Shown here in pieces: positions 39,401 through 51,400 of a stretch of DNA of 64,000 nt. The stretch's first letter is position 1. Each line of letters begins with the position of its first letter. A program made the translations under genes and the position numbers. The stretch spans positions 891,329-955,328 of the forward strand of contig NMRA01000038.1 in the NCBI GenBank assembly GCA_002633005.1, in the 5' to 3' direction. The notes below the pieces were generated by a model. The model was not told the origin of the DNA. It did not search any database and saw only the letters and a program-made list of their open reading frames with translations. This stretch comes from Phoronis australis. Lineage: Eukaryota > Animalia > Phoronida.

Positions 39401-42400
39401 TGTAGACGAGCATCTTGTGGCGATGAAGTCTGTAATCTTTTTTCTGAACAGAACTTACTTAACTAATTTGCGATGTCATAATGTAATTATAAAAGTGATT
39501 TTATGTTTCCGGTTCATACTCAGGAGACCTCACATATCTACAGTAACCTCCAGTACGCTGCCTCACTTGGTACAGAAACGACGTCGTCAGAATCCCTGAC
39601 ACTGATGTCTGTCATTCTGCTGCAGGCACGCTATAAAGTTGCCTTTATATCTAGATACAGGGTCTGGAAAACATCCGCGACTACTGAATCTCTCCATCCT
39701 AGCAAAATCCTTGGGAAAAGACTACTGTGAAGCTCAACTTGGATTTTACGTATACACTAGAGAAGATTGCACCAGTGCGTTTAAACGTAAAGGAAAGGTT
39801 GGCCCCTTTAAAAAACTAGAAAAGAATCCAAAATTTCACCTTGCATTCAGGCAACGTGGCGTTGATTGGGATGTAAAATGTATGAGTTCAACTGCCTCAT
39901 GTGCGGTCAGAGTCGTGAGTCATCGAAAGATGCTACTCATGCCAAGATGTTACGTAAAAGAGTTGGTGAAGATGAAATCCTCACAAGTCTAAGATTGACC
40001 TTGCTCGACTTCCCTCGTGCCAGTCTGCACTGAAACCTCACATCCAACAAGTAAATCACCGTATCACCTTGTACAAGAGTGCTTGCGAACCTATAAATGA
40101 GCAGCCAAAACCTTGTGACGAAGGACAAGGGTGGATGAGGACTGACGAAAGAGTGGTAGAACCTGTGTGGTCATGTTGTGCCATCTTACCAAACTCACTG
40201 ATTGATTTCTTGCTCACCAATGTTTGTGAAGTGGACACAGAAGAGGAAAGTGGAGGGTTGTATGGAAGTTTCCCGGAAAGCAATTAAAGTGACATGTAGT
40301 GTTAGAACATGTAATCAGTGACATCACCAACTAATGATTGTCCATATTTCTGCAATCATTTTCCGGCGTTTTTTTCCTTGAAATATTTAAAACATTTGTT
40401 GAAAATTGGCTCATTAAAGAGCTGATTATATAAACACTGAAAGTTGCACATTCAGTGTTTGTATTGGCTTATGTACACTTTCAGTGTAGTATTGATTGTA
40501 AGTAACCATATAGTACAAATTACATGACGTAATAGATTATGAAGAAAATTATTCCATTGTAATGCTTGACCCTAAAATATGGGTTTTGACACTTGATTTG
40601 TTCATTTACAAGAATAAGAAAGTGAGATATCATAAAGTAACGAAAAATCGGTAATGTCGGCATTAATTTGCATAAAAACGCACGTGGGACACTTTTTCGG
40701 CTTGTTAACATCTTTTTTTAGTTTTCACTCATATTTTAATGCAACTTAAAAGTTGAAGTCTGGGGGGTGCATGGGGGGGGGCCATTTTTCGACTCGACTA
40801 AGAGCACAAGCTCATGCAATAGAAGCTCATGAATATGGATAGAAGTTCATGGCCTCATCTATTTTAGCCCAATTCACATTTTTAAGAACTCCCTAGTTAC
40901 AAGCCCATGGTATTATACTAGCTTGGATTCGGTCTCAATACCTGTTTATCAACAAAAGTTTCTGTTGTATATACTTGTTTTATCAGCAACAGGTCCTGAA
41001 ATATATTTTTCTTTTCAATTTTTCCTGGATGAACATTGAGTGTTCAAAATAAGACCAGGAAATTTCGAACAGGAACTTTCAAACAATGTCTAGGATGGAA
41101 CCAGCTTGCAAGTTCATCCAAGATACCTAAGTTTCTACAAGATATTACCATTTGTGTATTTTTCTGTCATCCATTTACATTATGTTGTATGTTTTATTGT
41201 ATTTCAGTGTATTGTACTGTTTTACATTACTATAATGCACTCGTTGAGGGTGTCTATCATCAGTGCATAAACTCGTTTTTTATTTAAGTGACTTAGCCGG
41301 CAATAGTCTGATGTAACGTGCCCGTATCTTGAGAACCAGTTTGATGCCTGTTATTCAGTGGAGAAAATTGGTTCTCAAAATTTGGGCACATTATATCCAA
41401 CCATTACCGAGTTAGCCAACTAAACATGGTGAAATGGAGCTTCCATTAATAAACTTTTATGCGGTTGACAGTTTCATCCTACAAAATTTTGTTGAACACA
41501 GCTCTTTACAACAACAATTGTTTGAATCATGCAAGCAGTATGATTTTTCACATAAAGAAATTTTGTCCTATTTGGAGCAATTTTGCCATGCGAGTCGTAA
41601 ACGAAGTCAAGTCTCTTGGAAGGTACGGTACATCATCAACTTTTTGGCATAATTTTGCCTGTGTTTTTATGTATTGTGCCTGTGTATGTATTGTCTGCTC
41701 GTTTCTACCAATTTCAGAGTAATTGCTTGGATTGCCTGCTGGTTACTGGAAAGATATTTGAAAATTGAAGCGAAGGTTGAAAAAGTTGGATACTTCAACT
41801 TCAGAAATGTGACCATTCAACTCCGTGATAACCTTGTTGTAGTAAGTAGCAACTTTATTGTTGTTGATGTTGTTCGTTGATACCGTTATCATGCGCACAC
41901 CCAGGGTAGGCACTTACATCTCCCTGGATGCTGCAGGCATACAGGGGTGATGGTACATCCCCACTAAAAGTTACGAATTTCGAAATACAGGAAATAAAAT
42001 CAAATGAAACATGCATATATGCACATGGAGTTATAATTAACACATACCATAAGTCAGGAAACGATTCAGTCACGATAATTTGAACACATCGATAAAAATC
42101 TATCGCGGTTTGCTCAAGTTTCTCTTACCGGGTGCCATTTTGAGGAAGTTCCGTGAAGTCACACATGTTGACAAATAAAAAGTCCAAGGGACACAAATCT
42201 TACTAATTTCACCGGATCCTTCCCATGCTATTTTGCATGTGTCACGCGCCAGCGTCACATGCTTCGCTTACAAGTCTTTGCCTAGCTCACGTGACTCAGT
42301 TGAAATACTTTGTAGTTATCGCGGGCGTGGTGAAAATTAACGGTGACCAAAAAAGTGGAGTTGGAATTCTTCGCCAAAGTCGCATTAATTCTCGTAACTA

Positions 42401-45400
42401 AGCTTCATCGAAGATTTGTGTAGGAGTAGAAAGGATCACTGAAGAAAGTGAGCGCTTTTTTATGCGCCCACATATTTATATGTGGTCGCATATTGCCGTC
42501 ATCTCTGTCTGGGCGTCCGGCGTCCGCGGCTGTATCTCCTAAACCCTTTGCAGAAACGTATTGAAATTTGGCAGGTGTGTTCCTATGGGGTCTACGACAG
42601 AGGGCGACTAGTTTCGGACCAATCCAAATACCGCTGTGCCCCCTAGTGGCAATTTTATTTTTTTACGTTTGCCTCTGTATCTTCAAAGGTCTTCAACTGA
42701 TTTTCATAAAATTTAGTACATAGGCATCTATTAATGAGTTGCTGGTATCCTCCTGTTTTCGGATTGCTCCGATGGATTTTGCGCCATCTAGTGGCCATTT
42801 TTACTATTTTCGAGCCGTTTTTTGGCATTCGCTCCTCTAACAACCATACCACTCTAAAGATGATTGTGAAAATTGGCATGTATGGTCTTACTATGAAGAA
42901 GACAGTTGACAATGATTTTCTGATGACTTCGACTACTGTGGCGCCACCTAGTGGCAGTTTTGTTTGTTTTTGTGCCCATGGCTGTATCTCCTAAACGCTC
43001 TATAGGATCTTTATTAAATTTAGCAAATGTAATTATATAAAGTCGACAACAGACGAAGACGAGTTTCGGACAGATCGATGTACCTATGTGCCACCTAGTA
43101 GCAATTTTAGTTTTTTACGTTGATCGCTGTATCTTCAAAGGTACTCAGATTTCCACAAAATTTGGCACATAGACATCTATTAGTGAGGTGACGCTAGCCA
43201 TTCATCTTCAGATTGATTCAAGGTTTTTTGCGCCACCTAGTGGCCATTTTTGTTGTTTTTGAGTCTGTTTTGTGGCATTCGTCCCTCTGTCAACCAAACC
43301 ACTCTAAGGATGATTGTGAAAGTTGGCATGTATGTACATTCTATGAAGGGGACGGTTGCGGATGATTTCTGATGACTGTGGTGCCTCCTAGTGGCGGTTT
43401 TGTTTTTTGCACCCATACCTGTATCTCCTAAGCCCTCTGCAGGATCTTTATTAAATTTAGCAGGTGAATTTATATGAAGTTAATAAGAGAAGATGACGAC
43501 TTTTAGACGGATCCGATGAACACTGTGCCCCCTAGTGGCAATTTATTTTGTTTACCTCTGTTTCTCTGAAGTTCCTCGGCAAATTTTAATTAAAGTTGGT
43601 AAATGGCTTTCTTTTAAAGAAACGATGACATTTTTTGGTTTTCATACAGATTCGACGTATTTTGTGCCATCTAGTGGCCATTTTACAAATAAACAACCCT
43701 AAAAGCACACCATTTGCGATGCATTCGTGGGTGCATTTCAACGCTCCGCGTCTCTCTTGTTAAGTAATAGTTTTAAGTGTGGAATATATTTTTGACAAGG
43801 TGAAAATTCCGGATTTGGCCTACTGCCTGTTTAAAATACATGGGACGAAATGCGTACAGAAAGCAATGGGAAGTATTGTCAGTAGCCCCTAACCGGCCAA
43901 CCGAGGGGCTACATGTTGCCTACACCCAGTGGTGCTCGGAAGGGCTCGAACGAGCCTCCCCCATTTGATGAAGTGGGTAAAATGGTCCAACTCAGAGAAA
44001 CGAAAAGTAGGAAATGAGGCAAAAGTCCACTAAAAAAGACGAGAACTATCAAAATTCGGCAAATGCACAATTCATAGTTCTGAACGTACCCCGTGAATCA
44101 TAGTAAAAGTCCACATTCTAAAAAATTCGATCCCCCATTTTTAGGCTGGGTACTGGAAAATAAGTTGGTCATTGGTCTTTAGAGGCATTGGAATAGAAGA
44201 TAATCATTTACATAGGCTGTGCACGCTCATGGTTTTGGTACAGAACTTGAAAATGGCAAAACATTAAAGTGGAACTTGCACGCTAATTCCTTATCTCTGT
44301 GATTGCTTTGCCAAATTAGTTAAAAACACAACATATAGTGACGATTTGATTATAAAACAGATTGAAAATTGTCAAATGTTTTTTAAGAATGAGTTTTGTG
44401 GCAAAAATGATGCGGTGCAAATCACTGAACCTTGTCCAATAAGTATCGTGATGTGGTGCTGGGGAATAACACAGCATGATGCGAACTATGCGAGTCCACA
44501 GGTACATCATTGGTGCAAAGGTCACCTGTTCGCTGAATTTTTTGTTTTCACATTTACAAGTTGTCAGTGAATACAACTGCACTTTGTTTAGCTTAGATTA
44601 TGCTGAAATAGCATTGTCATTTAGTTCCTGCATGCTCTACATTAGCATAGTTAGGAGCATGCAAATACATCTTTAAGTTTGTCCTATTTATCTTTTATGT
44701 GGAAGTGGAAAATAGAATTTCACTTGTCTTCCATCTTGGTGAGATTTTACGTAATGTACAACTAAGGGCGGGAGAAGGGGGGGGGGGTGTGGTCTTACTA
44801 TGATAGTGATTTATACATTTTTTGTTGCTTTTTACAACCTTCACTCTGTTGGAACTAGCGCAGATCTAGAGGAGTCCAGGGGATCCGGGCCCCTTCTCGG
44901 CCGCTTTTCTATTTCTGTAATATTGGAATGTCTTACTGTGTCTGCCCAGGGTCATAATTCTCTCTGGCCACAGTTCTAAATCTGTGCATCTTTGTCCAGT
45001 TTTTCTTCAATTTAGGTGTTAATAATGGTGTGCTATTTTGGAAAATGGAATTTTTATTTTTTACTGATACACACATAAATTTAAATATTCATTTAATTTA
45101 ACGTAACTTAATTTAATCTATCTTAATTTATTTAATTTAATTTATTGCTGGGAGAGGACCATGCTGTATATTAGCCTTTGGCTAAAGCATGTTTTGAAAA
45201 TCTATTGTGTTTTATCTTCTTCTATAAATAAAATTTATTACATTAGTATAAAAATATTTAGCTCAGAAAGCGAACCATTATGTCCAGGAAATTAACTGAA
45301 CTGTCTTCATGCTTAGATTTCAAATGAACTGTTCTTTATTTTATATTTCTAGCAGCTGGATTGTTTATCATTCTCAAGCTCATTTGTGAATAATGAAATC

Positions 45401-48400
45401 ACGTAAGTCTTCTGAAGTAGGCTTATTGGTTATCAGTTGTGTTGAGACATTTTTTCTACTTGACATAATTCCCAATATTTATGATTATTTTTTTAAAGTA
45501 CTGTTATTCATATAAATATATAAATCTTAAACTGGCGTGGAAATGTGTATCACAAACAATTCTAAGTCTGGTCAGCTCACCACCTGTAGCCACATCATGT
45601 GACCTAACAGATATAAGTCCAAAAAAATTTCTACCCCAACTAGGACTTGAACCCTGGACCCTCTGCTAACCGTGCAGAATCTTTTCAGACTTATATTCAT
45701 TTGGTCACGTGATGTGGTCACAGGTGGCGTACATGCTGACCAGACTTAGAAATGTTCACGATATTACTATCCAGTAGATGACTGCTGAATTATCCACGCA
45801 ACATTGAAATTCACTATTCTGCCAGACAGTAATCAGGCCTATGGTGGACAGGCATTCAACGCCACCTACAGATCCCATGTAGCGTGGACGGGAGGTTTCA
45901 ACCTAATGCTATAAACTGGGTCTTAACACCTTTCCCGCTTTCATAATGCCGGCAAATTTCTACTGCGGTGCGGTGGGATGTACCAATGTCTTACGAAAAA
46001 GGCAACCTTTTGATATATAAATAGATGAACTAGGACATCACGTTTCATACATTTCCCACTGCGAAGAAGAGTCCGCGCCAAAGCCAGTGGCCACGGCTGA
46101 TAAAGCGGGGGAATTTTGATCCTAGCTGGTGTCAAAAAGCTAAAGTAAACTGGTCGACTTAAACAAATCAAATAACAGAAGGGGGTGACGGGGCGATTTG
46201 TTCCTCTGCTATGTAGTAATTGAATTTCTGTCCACCCAAGTCAGAGTCATGATCAAGCAGAAGTCATTTTTGTGCTTGATACTCTTGAGAGCGCCAGTAA
46301 GAAAAGTCCTCTATTAGCTTGGTTCAATAGTGCTTGAACCTTCGACTTCAAAATATAGAATGCGCTTTTACTTTGTTTATTCTGGAACATTGCTACAATG
46401 TAAATTTGGAGATACTTTTGCATGTCTAAACTGCTGTTTTGTTGAATTTTCCTCTAGTAAACCATTTGCTGTCTGCGTTGGTGATGTCAGAGTTGAATTG
46501 AACAACACCACGTACCGTCAGACTAGTGTGGATAATGCAGAGAGCACATCTGATCCTGGCCAGAGCCGGTCAAAATTGTCGTCTGCTTGGCTTCGTATAC
46601 TACCATGGATTCAGGTATTTCACGTCACAGTTGACGGGAACAAGCAAGGCAGCACGTATTTTTGGATACTTTTTTACATTTATAAATGTTTCTCAAGTTT
46701 GAAACAATAACAAAATTCAAATCACATGAATTCACATTATGTTAATGTTTTTTTGTTTTCGAAATATTCTTAATACACAAGTTATAATTTAGTAATGAAA
46801 TTGTTTTAAGAATTAAATTTCAGTAGAATGCAGTGTCCTTGAGTTAACTTGAAATTCAAGTTGAAAGTGACTTATGGCTTCGTCAGCAGCCAATCTTGAA
46901 TTGTGAAGTTTCAAATACTGAACGCATGACATCCTATTCACAGCTGAAGATGTAATTGTAATATGTACATTGTTCAACAATCTCTGTGGTTTGAACTGAG
47001 ACAAAAATAATTGCTAAAACTGCTATTTCCAAGACTTACAACATTGCTACAATTACTGAAAATTTTACCAAACGTTTTGTGGTGACAACTGTATCATATA
47101 GAACTGTCTCGGACTTCTCTTGTAAAACGATTACTACATACGGTTCAAGATTGTGGCATGAACGTTAACACTCAGGCAGCCATATTGTGGCATGAACGTT
47201 AACACTCAGGCAGCCATATTGTGGCATGAACATTAACACTCAGGCAGCCATATTGTGGCATGAACGTTAACACTCAGGCAGCCATATTGTGGCATGAACA
47301 TTAACACTCAGGCAGCCATATTGTGGCATGAACGTTAACACTCAGGCAGCAATATTGTGGCATGAACATTAACACTCAGGCAGCCATATTGTGGCATGAA
47401 CGTTAACACTCAGGCAGCCATATTGTGGCATGAACGTTAACACTCAGGCGCCAATATTGAGGCAGGAACGTTAACACTCAGGCAGCCATTTTGTGACATG
47501 ACCGTTAACACTCAGGCAGCCATATTGTGGCATGAATGTTAACACTCAGGCGCCAATATTGTGGCAGGAACGTTAACACTCAGGCAGCCATTTTGTGGTA
47601 TGAACGTTAACACTAAGGCAGCCATATTGTGGCATGAATGTTAACACTTAGGCAGCCGTTTTGTTTGCTTCCCAGACAGTTGAGAACATAAAAACATGCG
47701 GAGATGTTTTGTTTTGCGATACCTGGTGTGACTGGGCCAGATGTATTTAAGGTGGAGAGTCATCACGAAATGTTCGTTAATCAGGATGAGGGGGTTGCGA
47801 AGTGAATGCTATTTCATTGTTACTGGTATTTTTTTGTTGCTCCTTTTTATCGCTGCGCTATGTCAGCGTTATCAGTATTTCAGTAGTTCTGTCTTTATCA
47901 TTCCAGATGACAAGCGTTCATGTAAAAAGCATCAATCTGATGTTGCTGAAGTCGGTTGCTGCCGAGTGCCTTATTCATTGTCAGGTTCAGGATTTTCAGT
48001 GGGAGTGTTCCGCTGAAGGTGACAGCCTTGAGGCTTGCATCCGTACAAGTTCAGTTGCAGGAAAAATCATTCAGGAGGTCGAGCAGGTAATAAGATCTGT
48101 TTGTCAAAACGTATGATATGGTCTGGTTGCAACGGCATTAATCACTGTTGAAAACACGGAATTAGCTGAATTTTGAAATAGCCCCGCCGTATTGAAATTC
48201 ACTCTCCCGCCAGACAGCGATCAGGTCTTTGGTGGGCAGGCGTTCAACACCACCTACAGATTCTATGTAATGCGGATGGGAAGTTTCAGCCTACTGGTAT
48301 AAACAGCGTTTTAACACCTTTCCTGCGATCATAATGCCAGCAGATTGCCACTAATGTGTGATGGGATGTACTAATTCCTTACAGAAGAAGCAAACCTCTT

Positions 48401-51400
48401 GAAATATCCATGCATGAACAAGAACATCATGTTCCATGCATTTCCCAGTGCAAAGAAGAATCCGCACCAAAGCTAGTGCCTGCGACTAATGAAGCAGTAT
48501 CATAAGTCCCCTATTTGAATCTGTGTTTCTGTGAATTTTGTTGGTAAGAACAATGACATACTGTGTGATGCTTCCACTTGTGATGACTGGGACAACGACG
48601 ATGACTGAGACGATGATGATGATTAACCCCATAAGTGTGAGTTATCGAACTGGTGAGGGTAGGAAGCTCTAAGCTAGAGCTGTAAGGAGGCAGTGTGGCC
48701 TAGTGTGATAGGTGCTCGCTTTCTTTACTCGAGGTCGTGGGTTCGAGTCCCACTGTGTCACACTCCAAATCCTTGAGTCCGGTTTCTAGCTCCTAAGCTC
48801 GGTTTTAATTATGTATTAATAAAACATGGTTCCGGGTGATCAGTGCAATGGGCCCACACTGCACACACCTGGTACAACGAGTATCAGACCGCCTGCAATT
48901 ATTTTTTAAAATGGATGTTATTTTCTTACATTTTAGGAAGGTTTGGTTCAACCCCAGCTCGCTCATTGGTCATCAGGCTTCCAGGTGTTGTTACTAGTGA
49001 ACACCCTCAAATTGGAGCCTCAGGTATGCCGAAACAGTTGACTGCGTGAAATTTTGGTGCACTAAAGTGACTCAGTCATGAGAGCCAATTTACGGCAAAT
49101 GGGTATAAAATCAAAATCATAATCTGGCAACGTCCTGCTTGCAGAAAATGTATTCTTTCACCAGGTTTAATTCTGGTTCTGTAGATATTTTGCTAAAAGA
49201 CTTGTATTTATATGGCTGCGGGTTATCACTTAACAAGTGTTATTCTGTTTTTCTGGTCATTTAGATCAGTGTTTTTTCAGTAGCAAAAAATCTGAAATAC
49301 GTATGTGAATGAAATTCAGTCAAGGCTGTCGTAATGATGTCTCGGTTCTTTATTTTCATTGGTCAATGGTTCTTACACGCAAGTAGTTATGGTTTCGTTA
49401 TATATTCTGCATCAGTTGTAGTGCTGAAGTGATTCTATGACTTGTCACCGACATCGTCGCTAAAGAAAAACCTCTAATTAAAATCCATTCCAAGACAGTA
49501 ATATAGACTCAATGAACTCACTGACAGTAATAGGTCTCAATGAATAAAGAATTTCTATTTCCTTGCAAACCAAGAAATCACTTCTTTTGATAAAAGAACT
49601 AGTTTAGATCACTTTTATGGCTGTAAGTGGTTTTCAATTGAGAGTTTGCTTCTTAGGCAGAACACTGGTTTTATAGTGATCAAACTGATGCATTGTGGAT
49701 CAGAAACCTATTCACTTAAGGATTAAATGTTTCAAAATCTACACAAAATGAATTTTTTGTTTTTCAGTTATTCAAAGTCTCTCTTCGTGCTCCGCGAGTG
49801 TTAGTTACAGAGGGTCTGATACAGAGGTTACAGGCAGCGAGACAGGACGCACCAATGGGCAAGTTCAGCAAATTTAAAATTGCATTTTACTGTTGCAGTG
49901 TGCATTTAGTTCAGGGGCACTACGATTGACCGTGTATTCATCAATATACTAAGGCCCCTTTTTATTAGTGAAAAAACAGCTGTAGACTTTCTTTTGGCCA
50001 AATAAACCTATGCAGGTTTACACTTTTAAATTCACATGGAAAATGCCTCAAAGATGACCGCAAATTTCGCCTTTAATGTTGTGAAGTGTTCTTGTCGTGA
50101 ATTAATTTAGTTTAGGATATGCTGTAGTGGAGAAGTGAAGTTTTTTATTTTGTGCATATTCTCAGAAAAAAAGTAAGTTTTTAAGAAGATTTTACGTTTA
50201 TTTTTTGTTCACATGGTCTATATGATACAGTTATCACCACAAAATGTTTGGTAAAATTTTCAGTGTTTGTAGCAATGTTGTAAGTCTTGGAAATAGCAGT
50301 TTTAGCAATTCCTTTTGTCTCAAATTGACAAATTTTTACCTTATTTAGAAGTGAGCTTAATATTTAAGCGAGATCAGTCTGGTTATCTGTACTATTTTAC
50401 AATTGTTTTGAAAGCAGGGATTTTCACTTTATATATGTTTCATAATTGGTTTGTCCGAAATTAGAAACGTAATGTTCTGTGATGTCATTTCAGACCCAAC
50501 AAGATGCCACCAGAATGTCTCTGCGCACAGCCAATCGGTCTCACCTTTGATGTCTTTTCTGCAATACATTCCTAGAGTAATAGACTTGACCATAGAGGGA
50601 AGCACTGTAAAGTTCTCAAGAGAAACAGCCCAACGGTTAGTCATAAGCAAATGTCCTGTTCGTCTAAACCTATGTGAATTAGCATCCTCCAAAACTTTTT
50701 GTTTAATTTTCGCTATTCAGTTACTTGGTCATTTACTGTATTTACTACTGAACAGTTACTCCCAAACACGCACATAAACACACACAAACACTCACACACA
50801 TGCACGCACACACTCACACACATGCACGCACACACTCACACACATGCACGCACACACACACACATGCACATTCGTTGTTACACAGTAAGCTATGGTTAGC
50901 CTCATACATTCATTTACTCTCTGTCCACTCTCATATATTGATGCTTTCAGCTCCTGCTGAAGCCGTAAACATGGAAAACAAGAAATACGGCTTGCATGCA
51001 TGGAAAAGGGTAAAAACCCTTCTAATATTTCCTAGCAAATATATTGATAAATAGAAGACATTTTTGGTTGATATCACATGCTTAGTGCTCGCCGTAATCT
51101 TGGATATTTTACACGTTTTGTTTTTCATCAGGGATTTAACTGTAGCTGTTGGACTTGTGAGTGCTACTGCTAAACACAGTCGACATGAACCTGGTATGGT
51201 GACCTGTGGTGACCTGGCTGTAAAAATAGAGGGTAGGTTCTAGTCATTATGTGGTTATCCAAACGAACAAACTTCTGAGTTGTTGCGATAGTCAAATTTT
51301 CAAGGAGCCACCTTATGTTCGTCCTGTGAGAAAATGACTACACCAATTTCGCACAAAAATAATTGTCAAAATTGTACTTTTCAAAATTTCAAGAGCTAGC

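Larger units (their letters stand above)
36953..40800 (+). mobile_element. Academ (AcademX-type) DNA transposon, decayed and internally deleted, in BLTP2 intron 1
   Basis: AGA|TAGTCTAGTCGAAAAATGGCCC...GACTTCAACTT ... AAGTTGAAGTC...GGCCATTTTTCGACTCGACTA|AGA: TAG/CTA termini, long imperfect TIRs, 3-bp TSD AGA; XPG-like coding remnants inside. Confidence 0.85.

Noticed and set aside
41434-41652. ORF MELPLINF... with donor-like AG|GTACGG as an alternative BLTP2 first exon
   Set aside because: No TM segment or recognisable similarity; the exon at 36394-36452 supplies the expected anchor in the correct phase
47149-47660. CRISPR-like array (34-bp repeats); likewise 53496-53812 and 63589-64000
   Set aside because: Units are contiguous with no unique spacers, there are no cas genes, and the context is a eukaryotic intron; these are minisatellites
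48686-48765. Functional tRNA gene (also 13748-13825)
   Set aside because: A and B boxes are present but I could not form a proper cloverleaf, and both copies continue into a shared non-tRNA body; SINE heads
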